Below the pieces are notes generated by a model. It saw only the letters and a program-made list of their open reading frames with translations. It was not told the origin of the DNA and made no database searches. A program made the position numbers and the translations under genes. Of a stretch of DNA of 64,000 bases, positions 12,735-24,880 are shown one piece after another (position 1 is the first letter of the stretch; each line of letters opens with the position of its first letter). Source of the stretch: Stegostoma tigrinum (taxonomy: Eukaryota); assembly GCF_030684315.1 (NCBI RefSeq), contig NC_081375.1:12685581-12749580 (forward strand). The letters are read 5' to 3'.

Positions 12735-13520
12735 GTGAGTTTTGAGAAGATTTGTAGCTCAGGTTGAGCTACAAATATACGCAACAACTTATTTTAAGGA
12801 TTGAATACCATGGACAACAGTCGAGTGTACTAATTCATAGATTAAACTTGCTTTGATCGGACTTTCCCAGCAACAAAACCCAAACAAACAGACAAAACGG
12901 GCTCAGAAACCATAACCACTCTCCCCGACATCAAAGACATTTCCGAAATGACTGCCAGACTACTCGGACCTCTCGACATCAGGGTAGCCCACAAACCCAC
13001 CGACACACTAAAACAGCAGCTAATGAACTTAAAAGACCCTATACAGACAACAAGCAAAATGAACGTCATCTACAAAATACCTTGCAAGAACTGTGACAAA
13101 CACTACATAGGACAAACAGGTAGAAAGCTAGCCACCAGGATACATGAACATCAACTAGCCACAAAACGGCATGACCCACTATCACTAGTATCCTTACATA
13201 CAGATGAGGAAGGACACCACTTTGATTGGGACAACACATCCGTCCTAGGACAAGCCAAACAGAGACACACGAGAATTCCTAGAGGCATGGCATTCCAACC
13301 GTAACTCCATCAACAAACACATGGATTTGGACCCTATCTACCACCCTCTGAGAAAAAGAACAGGAAATGACATCACCAACCCAAGGAAACCTAAACAGGT
13401 AAGCAGAAAGGGGACATAACACGAGCGCTTCGTCAGAGGCTCACTGATGATGTTACCTAGAATGGTGACCAAACGTCTAAAAACTAACCCTCCAGCTCAG
13501 TGAGCAAACTCACATCCATT
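12735..13520 (+). mobile_element. Penelope-like element (Penelope/Poseidon type) 3' fragment: GIY-YIG endonuclease, terminal repeat, and a short inverted repeat piece at the 5' side
   Basis: ORF 12948-13304 reads NVIYKIPCKNCDKHYIGQTGRKLATRIHEH...HHFDW (GIY-YIG with CCHH). A hammerhead-like core lies at 13444-13477. Confidence 0.9.
13444..13477 (+). ncRNA. Minimal hammerhead ribozyme motif, probably inactive (G12 to C)
   Basis: CTGATGA-T-[GTTACC tagaat GGTGAC]-cAAA-CGTC. It has a 6-bp stem II and an ACGT palindrome in place of stem III, as described for PLE minimal HHRs. Confidence 0.7.
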
Positions 13521-14651
13521 ACTACAAAGGATTAAATTCATCCTGTTCTTCAGGTTCTACTTTAATATTAATGAAATATCCTTTTTTACTCCTCAATGAC
13601 CAAGACATGCCAATATCATAAATGCAATTCAACCACTTTCATACAAGTGCTTTCATAGTCCATTATCTGCTAAAATAGCAGAATCAGGAGAACAATGGCC
13701 AAAAAAGTATTTGCAGAAATTCAAACTATCATACTGTTTATATCTATTTCCAGTGGACAGAAGATATACTGCAGTCAAATGCCTTTTTTCAAAAAAAAAA
13801 GAAGAGAACGACTCTGAACTAACATCTTTAAGTGAATTACATTCTTAAAATTTTCTTTTTTAAACAAGTATTTTATGACTATTTTTAGATGATCGAAGAA
13901 ATGCCAGGAGAGCCTCAGATATTTTTAAGATAATGGCCTGGATTATGCTATAGTAATGACCATGAACCTGTCGGCATCACCGTCATTACCTCACTGAAAC
14001 CGACAGCGATTTTGGAAGTCTCCACATGCACAGGATGCCGTGGAAATCCAGAAGTTATCGTCAGTTTTTTTTTAGTACTCATACGTAAAGTGAACAGTTG
14101 AAGTATCCATAGACTGTATTCTCCAGTGCAATTAAGATATTATGAAAACTTTCACCTCTTACGCTGTTAGTCTCATTGTCAAAACGCTTGAGAGAGTTGC
14201 ATCTTGTTTGTCGTGGTGTAACTAGGTTTTTCACTTCATGCTGACTTCAGAATTACTGCCAAACCCCCTTGCTGACACTGACAAGTTAGTATTATACCTG
14301 TGGAATGTTAAAAGTTTGCCATCAACATTTTCTTTCAGTTTTCACTGCCTTTTACTTGGAGTCACAACAATGCTATTTGACCTTCCTTCTCAGTCACCTA
14401 TTCAGCTTACGATTCAAGTCTCTCATCATTCCATTCAATCTAGTCTGTCTGTTGTTCTTCCTGGCACTCCTATATGCATCATCACCACACATCACCTGTC
14501 TCTCCCCACTGCTGCAAAGATAACCTTACCATTTCATTCTCTCCTTAAATACTTTCTTCAACGTCCTCATAATCTTCACTGTCTATACCAGCCTGTTATT
14601 GAAATTTCTAAGTAAGGATTTTTTTTAAAAAACCTACATCAACTTTATTTT

Positions 14652-14878
14652 GTATCACAGATAATAGGAACTGCAGACGCTGGAGAATCCAAGGTAATAA
14701 AGTGTGGAGCTGGATGAACACAGCAGGCCAAGCAGCATCTCAGGAGCACAAAAGCTGACGTTTCAGGCCTAGACCCTTCAGAGATGTCTCTGATGAAGGG
14801 TCTAGGCCCGAAACGTCAGCTTTTGTGCTCCTGAGATGCTGCTTGGCCTGCTGTGTTCATCCAGCTCCACACTTTATT
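14652..14878. mobile_element. Long fold-back PLE-end insertion (arms of about 85 bp)
   Basis: Arms are at 14695-14780 and 14794-14879. TSD atcaactt(t/c)atttt lies at 14638 and 14879. Confidence 0.9.
14790..14817 (+). ncRNA. Minimal hammerhead ribozyme motif, intact core
   Basis: CTGATGA-A-[GGG tctagg CCC]-GAAA-C-GTC|agc. All conserved core nucleotides and a GUC cleavage triplet are present. There is an extra nucleotide after A9, and stem I is only about 2 bp. Confidence 0.65.
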
Positions 14879-15499
14879 ATCAACTTCATTTTTTTTAAGC
14901 ATCTATTTTAATAGTGGTTTATTTTGCCTTACTAAATTTTTAATTTAAAAAAGTGAAGGGATTCCAAGTGTTGAAAATTCTGGTTTGCTGTCTCTGAGAA
15001 TACTTACACTTGCTAACTTAAACTACCATCAGGGAAGGGAAAAGTCCTGATGGAGATTGCTAAATCTTTGTGGATAGTTTTCATTAACATCAATGGCAAG
15101 CTCCCTTGTTTTCTTATTGACCGCAAAACTCGGGTCATTATACAGAAATATATAATTGAACAACTGGCGTAACAGCATGTTGCAGCATAAATCAGGCCAT
15201 TCAATCCTTCAAGACTTCAAGACATTTTACACTGAATCACATTTCATTTTTTTGGTGCCTCTCCACGTTCTTTTAAATTTATTACGTCCAATTAATGAAT
15301 TCCATTTTTTCAAGGGAGTGCATCAACAATCATCTCAGCATTCCATCTTTTAACCATTTCCTGCACAAAGAATCTTTCTAGCATTCCCCCATCAAGTCTG
15401 TTTTTGGACTTTCTTAAAACTGAAAAAACAAAAAGGGGTCCAACATTATTCATATCAAAGAAAATGTTATGAACAGTAGAATTCTATAAGTTTCTGAGA

Positions 15500-16210
15500 T
15501 TCCCCTTCCTCATTCTTCTAGTCTCCAGTGAATACAGTCCTGATCCAGTCTCTCTTCATATGTCAGTCCTGACATCCCAGGAATCAGCTTGTCGCACTCT
15601 TTCTACAGCCAGAACATCTCTCTCTAGAGAAGGAGACCAAAAGTGCACTCAATACTCCAGGTGTGGCCTCACCAAGGCCCTGTACGATTGCAGCAAGACG
15701 TCCCTGCTCCTGTGTTTGAATCCTCTCGCTTTAAAAGGCCAACATATTATTTGCCTTCTTCACCAACAGCTGCACACTTACTTTTAGCAACTGGTGTAGA
15801 AGGACAACCAGATCTTGTTGCAACCCACCACTTTCCCAATCCATCACCATTCAGATAAAAATCCACCCTTCTCTTTATCCTATCAAAGTGGATAACCTCA
15901 TATCTATTCACATTATACTTCACACGTTATGCACTTGTCCACACACTGTAGTATCTCTGCATCATCCTCATAGTTCACTCTCGACCCAGCCTTGTGTTAT
16001 TTGCAGATTTGGAGATATTACGTTTAGCTCCCTCATCTAAATCATCAAAACATATTCTGTATAGCTGTGATTCAAGCACTGCTCTCTGCAGCATCCACTC
16101 TTTGCTGGCTGCCATTTTTCAGACTCTTACAGAACTGGTTGGCAGACAGGAAGCTATCTGTCAGTACACTACCCCAAATCCTCTGTACTTTAAATTATAC
16201 ATGGTAATAT
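15500..16210 (-). mobile_element. Decayed CR1 ORF2 fragment
   Basis: The reverse strand contains LVRPHLEY.VHFWSP (ccaaaagtgcactcaatactccaggtgtggcctcacc). Confidence 0.85.
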
Positions 16211-17241
16211 TGCTAGATATTAGACACTAATTACAGCTACAATTTTATGTGCCAGCGAGTTAATTCAGCTCTACTGTCAAACACCCAGTTCCTTCACAAC
16301 TTGCACCCAAACCTCCAGTGAGTTTGACTACTGAAATGATTGCCAAGTACTGAGTAGTATTAGCTATAAACTGATATAATTTGACATTATTCCATTGTCA
16401 TCAGTTGTTTGCAAACCATGTTTTGATGCTTCGCAATCATGAAAATAAATTATGTATTTGGGAAGTATAATAGCATGGAGGCAATGAAAGAGAGACAGGC
16501 ATAAAGGAAACCTCAAAATCAAATGCAAGTAATCTGTCCAAGGCCACGGCGCTTTCCTTCACAAAATACTAACAGAATTAAAGCTGCAGAATCCTTCACA
16601 ACTACTGTCAGCTATAACTATCAGAAAAAACAGTATAAATATGACTTTATTAGCCATAAAATTAACTATTACCGCACAATCACACTCCTGCACTTCATAG
16701 AGGACATAACACAATCTGTCTAATTGACCTGTCTACATCTTGGGGTCAATTATGTCAACCTTCAGAGTTCTACTCCCTCCATTAACTCAAAAACATTTGA
16801 CTTTGGAGACAGGCTTGTTTGCACACCTGTTACTTCTAAACCACAATTTAAGATCCCAAGGAAACAAATGTATAAAATAGCTTAAAACTGAGAGAGAATA
16901 GGGGAAAATAAAATAGGTGCAGAAAGGTTATTATGGTACCATTCTGATCATTTGACTGGGTTTATTATTATAATACTGGCTGATCCTTCATGTGTTTGTA
17001 TAATAGGACAAAGACCCCAGTACAGTCTTCATATTACAAGTAGTTACAAATCGGAGTTTTTTAACAAAGAGCACAGATTGAAATTCAATCTTCATTTGTA
17101 AAGTCATATATTGTCATTATTTGTCTATGCAACTGCTACAAATTCCTATATCTGCATTTATAATAAAAAACTACATAAATTTGCAAACACTAATTCCACC
17201 CTTTTGCCAATGGTGACAACAAACTACCACATAGTGGAATG

Positions 17242-17431
17242 CTGGAACTGCCGATGCTGGAGAATCTGAGATAACAAGGTGTAGAGCTGGAAGAACACGG
17301 CAGGCCAAACAGGATCAGAGGAGCAGGAAAGCTGACATTTCGGTTCTGGACCCTTCCCGAAACGTCAGCTTTCCTGCTCCTCTAATGCTGCTTGGCCTGC
17401 CATGTTCTTCCAGCTCTACACCTTGTTATCT
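17242..17431. mobile_element. Fold-back PLE-end insertion (sister subfamily)
   Basis: Inverted arms turn inside the HHR stem II (cccttc|ccgaaacgtc). The 14-bp TSD cacatagtggaatg lies at 17228-17241 and 17432-17445. Confidence 0.85.
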
Positions 17432-18497
17432 CACATAGTGGAATGTTTTGATTCCAGAGTGGTAGACTTACATTTCCATTATTAACATGGAAATGAGAAT
17501 TTAAAAAGTAAACAGCAAGCACCCACATGTGAAATATGTTTAATATTAAAATAAAATTAGGACTGGTTTTAGAATCACAACATGTGATTTGAATAAGCTT
17601 AAGCACTGCATTATCAATCTCAGTCTAGCAATAAAACAAGACCAAAGATCCTGAAATGTTATGATATCATTACTTGTATCTTAATGTCATTTCAGCAAAG
17701 AATCTACCATACCTACCCAATTTGGTCTATGTGGGGCTTTAATTCCACAAAGTATTGGTGATTTTAAATGCCCTCAGGACAAGAAAACGTTGCCTTGCTA
17801 GTGATGCCCCAATCAAAATTAAACCCAAAACACTAACTGGAACTATGATGTTTCACTGCGACTTGCACTTCAATTAGTTCAGAGTTCTACAAATGTCATT
17901 TAGACTGTAATTACAGTGTGCTGTTGACCTTCACTAGTTATCACTGTATCCATATTCTGGGCTGCAACACAGTTTCACAATACTGTCCTCAAAGGTATTT
18001 TGTATGCTTTTTATTCGGCATGAATTTAACTTACATCAATTCCGGTTCGTAGTTAGAATGAAATTGACCAATTGTCTTATTTCAGCGCTTTCTGTGGGGG
18101 CGGGGGGGCGCGCCGCCGCCGAAACACAGGGAATCATACAACTTCCAAACTCATTAACAAAGCTTTCATTCTTAAAAAGCAGGTGTCCAATTCAAATGGA
18201 TTTTATAGGCATCTGGCACAAGTACGCAACCATTACAGACTTCAAAGTCAACACTGCTAGATTATCACCAACCTGTTCAAAGTGTATACAATGCCAACAA
18301 TGAATGTTTCAACTTTTATGCAGATAAAGGTTGAGCTAAGTGAAATGTAAAGCTTCCCCTACATTTCTACTGTTCCTCAGAAAAATACTTTAGTTCTAAT
18401 TTATGAAAAAAGTCATAGAGCTATTTGCCATTTCCTGAAATTAAACTGCTAGAGGTCGTGAAAATATCACTAAATAATGGAGAATTCTACACTGAAC

Positions 18498-18760
18498 CAA
18501 AACAGAAATTGTTGGCAAAACTCAGCAGGTCTGGCAGCATCTGTAGAAGAAAATAGAGTTAACATTTCAAGTTCTATAATCCTTCATCAGCAAGAATGTT
18601 GTAAAATCACACCTTGTATAATTTGTAATCTGATGAAGGCAGTGATTGGTCTCAAAATGTTAACTCTGCTTTCTTCCCACAGATGCTATCAAATCTGCTG
18701 AATTTCACCAGTAATTTCTGTTTTTGTTTCAGAAACATCAGCATCTGTAATTCTTCGTTA
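18498..18760. mobile_element. Older fold-back PLE-end element
   Basis: aaacagaaattg...cagcatctgt...agagttaacattt...ccttcatcag, then a spacer of about 40 nt, then ctgatgaagg...aaatgttaactct...acagatgct...aatttctgttt. Confidence 0.75.
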
Positions 18761-20399
18761 TATCTCATTTAAGAACCATAAAACGCAAACTTTATTTTAT
18801 CCGACACCTTATGAAACAGCATTCTTGACAAAACAGGAAAAATTAAATACCACGAAGTTTACTATAGTATTCTATCCAAATTTTATAGTTTTTAAAATGT
18901 ATTTACTTCAGTGTAAATACACTGCCGTTCAATTGAATGGCTACACGAAATATCAACATTTGTCTCAGCTTCAAGTCAATTACTCCACAAGTACTTGCCA
19001 ACCACCGTAATGTTCGAGTAGTCAGTTGAGGGTGAGTGAGAAGATTCTGTCGGTGAGTTCTGTTTAACGCAAAGTTACACTCTTATTTAAGTGATTAATG
19101 CTATAAATAAAACACAACAGTGATGTGCACACCTCCTGCATTACATTACTTAATGTGTGCTTTTACATTGATTAGGTGGACTTCTTGACTATCGGGAATA
19201 TCTGATCAACCACCTAGTCCCACAGGTGCCTGTTAACACCAAGTGTGTTGTACTTAAATTCAGGACCTGGACTTCAGGGACTAAACTTTATCTAAATATG
19301 AACCACAGTAACAACTGGTAGAGGAATTGAAGTCGGCACGGGGGTGGGGGGCAGGAGAAGGAGGAAATTAAAAACATTCAAAAGGAATTCAATCCCAAAA
19401 ATAGCAGTGGATATCAGGGCATCAGAGTGTCCTGCCTTGAAGATGACTCCTACAGTGCAATTTGATTTAAAATTTAACTGCTCCTTCCATTGATCCAACT
19501 GTTCCTGACTCCAGTTCCTTTCTGACCTGCTAGGGAATGTCTTGAAGGTTGTCTGGCTACAGTCTTCTTCTACGGATTTCCCTCCAATTCATTTGACAGC
19601 CATCAACTTGGTAAACTGACAAACAGGAGACAGGAATTTCTCTCTTTAACACTGGTAACATAATTGTATTGGTAATATTATTTTTGCCATTGCTTCAAAT
19701 CTTGTCATCATTCATACTCTCTTCACCCCCCTGTAAGTCAGGGCATATGTAACTATGGACTACTGCCCAGGACATCTGTGCTACTAAATCCATTTTCTGT
19801 TCACCAGTGACAGACCTACAGACCCAAGTAAAACTACAGATAGTGGATTTAGTAGCATATGTGTCAGAAGCAAGTTTTCAGCATCCTGGAATCCAAGCTA
19901 AATGACTAATACATCAGTGACCAGAGAAACATGCATCTCATTGTCGTAGGCTATATTTACACCATGAGCTTTTTAATTGAGTATGACAATGTGATAAAGC
20001 AGGTTGTTAAACCATTTACACAGATTGTTTACACAAAAGGTTGTTAAAGCAAACCAAATATGTCACTAAGCTGCATTGGAATTTCACACCTCTTGATTGG
20101 CAGTACACACAGATTCCATTCTATTCCAAACTTATGACTAAATAAAATTACAAACTTCAGGAGACAAATCAAAATTTACTGGGAAAGCGAATGAGGGGAA
20201 AGTTGGATCAGTCATAATCCCAACAAATGGCGAAGCAAAGTCAAGGGGCTGAATGGCATATACCAGTTCCTATTTCTTATGGTCTTGTGTCAAAGTTGAT
20301 AGCTCTTAAATATCTTCAATTTTTAAATTTTACATTTCAGAGATAGAATTCGTGTATTCACAGGCATGATTCTATGTAAAATAAACGAATTTGAGTAAA

Positions 20400-20640
20400 A
20401 GTGGTGGCATAGTGGCAATATGACTGGACTGGTAATCGAGAGGCCCAGGCCAATGCTTTGTGAATGTGGGTTGAAATTCCACCACAAACTAAACAGAATT
20501 TCATCTTGATTAGTAAATCTGCAAGTGTGAAGCAAGACACAATACTGGAGACCATGAAACCATCTGGTTCACTCATGTCCTTTAAAGAAAAGAAATCTGC
20601 CATTTTTATCTGATCTAACCTACGCATGACTCCAAGGCTA
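20400..20640 (+). mobile_element. tRNA-derived SINE (family of 11985)
   Basis: gtggcatagtggcaatatgactggact head and a ccatctggttcactcatgtcctttaa body. Confidence 0.7.
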
Positions 20641-20883
20641 CTCGTAACTAATTTAGGTCTTGCTGCTAACACCCTTAGGCCATGAAAGAATAAAAAAATT
20701 TCTGAAAATTAATCATAATGTCCTGTAATACCATGGTGAAAATGCTTGAATTTGAGAAATCCAACTACTACTGAAACACAATTTTTGGGCATTATGAATT
20801 TAGGGCAGACATGCAGTTATAGGAAACTTTTTTCCAACAACCAGATGCCTCAAAGAGTTTAGCAGTCAACAAAGTCTTTTCAA

Positions 20884-21230
20884 AGCAGAAAAGAAATTGC
20901 TGGAGGAACTCAGCAGATCTGACAGCATCTGAGGAGAGAAAGTAGAGTTAGCAATTTGGTCCAATGTTAAGTCCACTGTCGCAATGCTGGATAATGTGGC
21001 ATTATAAAATTACAAAATCCCACTTACAGCAATGTGATCATGACCTCATTGTCTGTTTCTGTGATGTTGACTGGGGAATAAATATTCGCCAGCACACTTG
21101 TGACAACTCCCCTGTTCTTCTCTGCAACAGTGCTACAGGAGTGCGGCATCTATTTAAGGTCTTAACTAAAAGATTGCTCTTGCATTAATACAGCTCTACG
21201 GCAGTACTGTCTTGGACTGTTAGCCTTTCT
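20884..21230 (-). mobile_element. Old PLE terminal-repeat fragment (20884-20975) abutting a Deu-domain SINE remnant (20985-21230)
   Basis: gaaattgctggaggaactcagcagatctgacagcatctg, then tgatgttgactggggaataaatattcgccagcacac, the reverse of the Deu core seen at 53580-53610. Confidence 0.65.
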
Positions 21231-21970
21231 TAAATAGGGAGAAAATTCAGAAATCTGAACGACAAACAAACTTGGGAATCCTAGTCCAGGATTCTCTTAA
21301 GGTAAACCTGCAGGTTGAGGTGGTAGTTAGGAAGGCAAATACAACGTTACCATTTATTTCAAGAGGACTACAATATAAAAGCAGGGATGTACTACTGAGG
21401 CTTTAAGGCTAATGCTCTGGTCAGACCACAGAGTTTTGTGAGCAATTTTGGGCCCCATACCTCAGGAAAGGATACACTGTCCCTGGAGCAGGTCAATTTC
21501 ACGAGAATGATCACAGGAATGAAAAGCTTAATATACGGAGGAGCGTTTGGGGACTCTGGGTCTATAGTTGATGGAGTTTAGAAGGATGAGGGGGATCTGA
21601 CTGAAACTCAAAATACCAAACAGCGTGGACAGAGTGAATGTTGAGAAGACGTTTCCATTAGAGAGACTGGAACCTGAGGGCATAGCCGTACAGGAAAGGG
21701 AAGACCATTTAGAATGGAGACGAGGAGAAACTTGTTCAGCCAGAGAGTAGTGAATCTCTTGAATTCGTTGCCACTGAAGGCTGTGGAGGCCAGGTCATTG
21801 AGAATATTAAAGACAGAGATAGATAGGTTCTTGATTGTCAAAGGGATCAAAGGTTATGGGGAGAAAGCTGGAGAATGGGGTTAAGAAACTTATCAGCCAT
21901 GTTTGAACAGCAAAGCAGACTCAATGGGCTGAATGGCCTAATTTCAGCTTTTATGTCACATGGTCTTGTG
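21230..21970 (+). mobile_element. CR1 3' fragment (family of 630-3913)
   Basis: Colinear with 3185-3910. Confidence 0.9.
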
Positions 21971-22135
21971 GTGTTATATGCTTTAACCCTAGAATATCTC
22001 AAAATGATACATGCAACTGAAAAATTTGGGGTTTAAGAGAGCTATGCATTCAACAATAACACAACTAAAACTTTTTTCAATCTTTCCAAACTCTCTATCA
22101 AAATAGATTACAACAAATGAAAAAAACTCATACAA

Positions 22136-24880
22136 AAAAAGCAAAGAAAAGTGGGAAACTAGTAGACTGGGAAACCTTTAAAGGCCAACAGAAAGCCACA
22201 AAAAAGTTATAAAGAAAAGAAAGATAGATTATGAGAGTAAACTAGCTCAGAATATAAAACAGACAGCAAAAGTTTCTATAAATACATAAATCGTAAAAGA
22301 GTGGCGAAGGCAAACTTTGGCCCTTTAAAGGATGAGAAGGCCAATTTATTAACTGGGAATGAGGAAATAGCTGAGACGTTAAGCAGTTATTTTGTGTCAG
22401 TCTTCACTGTGGAAGACACAAATAACACGCCGAAAACTAACGGCGAGAAGGTTTTAGCAGGTGAGGACCTAGAAACTATCATTACTAAGGATGGGCAAGC
22501 TAATGGGGCTAAAGGTAGACAAGTCTCCGGGCCCTGATTAAATGCATCCCACAGTACTGAAAAAGAGGTGATGGGGAAAATAGCAAACGCACTAGTAATT
22601 ATTTACCAAAATTCACTGGATTCTGGGATAGTTCCCGCAGATTGGAAAAGTCAATGTGACGCCACTGTTTAAAAAAGGAAGTAGACAAAAAGCAGTAACT
22701 GTAGGCCAGTTAGCTTAACTTCGGTAGTGGGGAAATTGCTTGAAATCGATCATTAAGGAAGAAATAGCAAGACATCTGGATATAAATTGTCCCACTGGAA
22801 ACTCCCAGCATGGGTTCATGAAGGGTAGGTCATGTTTAACTAATTTGGTGGAATTCTTTGAGGACATTACTTGCATGGTGGACAATGGGGAACCTGTGGA
22901 TGTTGTGTAACTGGATTTCCAGAGGCATTTGACAAGGTGCCACACCAAAGGCTGCTACATAAGATAATGTTGCATGGTATTACAGGTAATGTACTGGCAT
23001 GGATAGAGGATTGGTTGATCAGCAGAAAGCAATGGAGTTTAATGCAGACAAGTGTGAGGTGATGCACTTTGGTAGGAGTAACCAGAAGGCAAAGTACAGG
23101 GCTATCGGTAAGATTCTTAGTAGTAGAGGTGAGCAGAGAGATCTCTGTGTCCATGAACACAGATCCTTGAAAGTTGCCACCCAGGTTGACAGGGCTGTTA
23201 GGGCATAGTGTTTTAGCTTTGATTAATAGAGGGATCGAGTTCCGGAACCAAGAGGTTATGGTGAAGCTGTACACAACTCTGGTGCGGCCGCACTTGGAGT
23301 ATTGCGTACAGTTCTGGTCACCGCATTATAAGAAGGATGTGGAAGCTTTGGAGAGGGTGCAGAGGAGATTTACTAGGATGTTGCCTGGTATGGAGGGAAG
23401 GTCTTACGAGGAAAGGCTGAGGGACTTGAGGCTGTTTTCATTAGTGAGAAGAAGGTTGAGAGGTGACTTAATTGAAACATATAAAATAATCAGAGGGTTA
23501 GATAGGGAGAGTCTTTTTCCTAGGATGGTGACAGCGAGCACGAGGGGGCATAGCTTTAAATTGAGGGGTGAAAGATATAGGACAGATGTCAGAGGTAGTT
23601 TCTTTCCTCAGAGAGTAGTAAGGGAACGGAACGCTTTGCCTGCAACGGTAGTAGATTCGCCAACTTTAGGTACATTTAAGTTGTCATTGGAGAAGCATAT
23701 GGATGTACATGGAATAGTGTAGGTTAGATGGGCTGGAGATTGGTATGACAGGTCGGCACAACATCAAGGGCCAAAGGGCCTGTACTGTGCTGTAATGTTC
23801 TATGTTCTATGTTCAAAGAGATGGGGTAAATGGGTGTTTTTCTGGCTGGCAGTCAGTGGCGAGTGGTGTGCCTCAGAGATCAGTGTTGGGACCTCAATCG
23901 TTTACGATTTACATAGATGATTTGGAGTCGGGGACTAAGTGTGGTATGTCAAAATTTACAGATGACATTAAGGTGAGTGGTAGACCAAAGTGTGTAGAAG
24001 ACACTGAAAGCCTGCAGAGGGATATAGATAGTCTAAGTGAGTGGACAAAGGTCTGGCAGATGGAGTACAATGTTGATAAGTGTGAGGTCATCCATTTTGG
24101 TAGGAATAACAGCAAAATGGACTATGTTCTAAATGGTAAAAAAATTAAGCATGCTGCTGTGCAGAGAGACTTGAGTGTCCTTGGGCACAAATCACTACAA
24201 GTAGGATTGCAGGTGCAGCAGCTAATTAAAAAGGCAAATGGAATTTTGTCTGCCATTGCTACAGGGATGAAGTTTAAAAACAGGAGGCTATGCTGCAGCT
24301 GTATAGAGTCCTGGTAAAGCCACACCTGGAATACTGTGCAGTTTTGGTCTCCTTACTCGAGGAGAGATATACCAGCACTGGAGGAGGGTGCAGAGGAGAT
24401 TCACTCCATTAATTCCAGAGTTAAGAGGGTTGGGTTATGAGGACAGACTGAGTAGACTGGGATTATACTCATTGGAATTCAGAAGGATGAGGGGAGATCC
24501 TATAGAAACATAAGATTATGAAGGGCATAGACAAGGTGGAGGCAGGGAGGTTGTTTCTGCTAGCAGATGAAATTAGGACTAGAGGGCATTGCCTCAAAAT
24601 AAAAGGGAGGCAGATGTAGGACTGAGGTCAGGAGGAACTTCTTCACCCAAAAGGGTTATGAATCTGTGGAATTCCCTGCCCAGTGAAGCAGTTGAAGCTA
24701 CCTCACTGAATGTTTTTAAGGCAAGACTCAAAATATTTTTGAACAGTAAAGGAATTAAGGGTTATGGTGAGTGAGCAGGGAAGTGGAGCTGAGTCTCAAA
24801 AAGATCAGCCATGATCTTATTAAATGGCAGGGCAGGTTCAAGAGGCCAGATGGCCTACTCCTGGTCCCAGTTCTTATGTA
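22136..24880 (+). mobile_element. CR1 ORF2 remnant with a nested young CR1
   Basis: QHGFMKGRSCLTNL, AFDKVPH, SGVPQRSVLGP, KFTDDI, WQMEYNVDKC and a CR1 tail. Confidence 0.92.
23030..23813 (+). mobile_element. Young CR1 3' fragment nested in sense orientation in an older CR1
   Basis: ORF 23174-23722 and an (ATGTTCT)n tail. The host reads ...agaaagCAA | CAAagagatgggg (RKQR). Confidence 0.95.
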
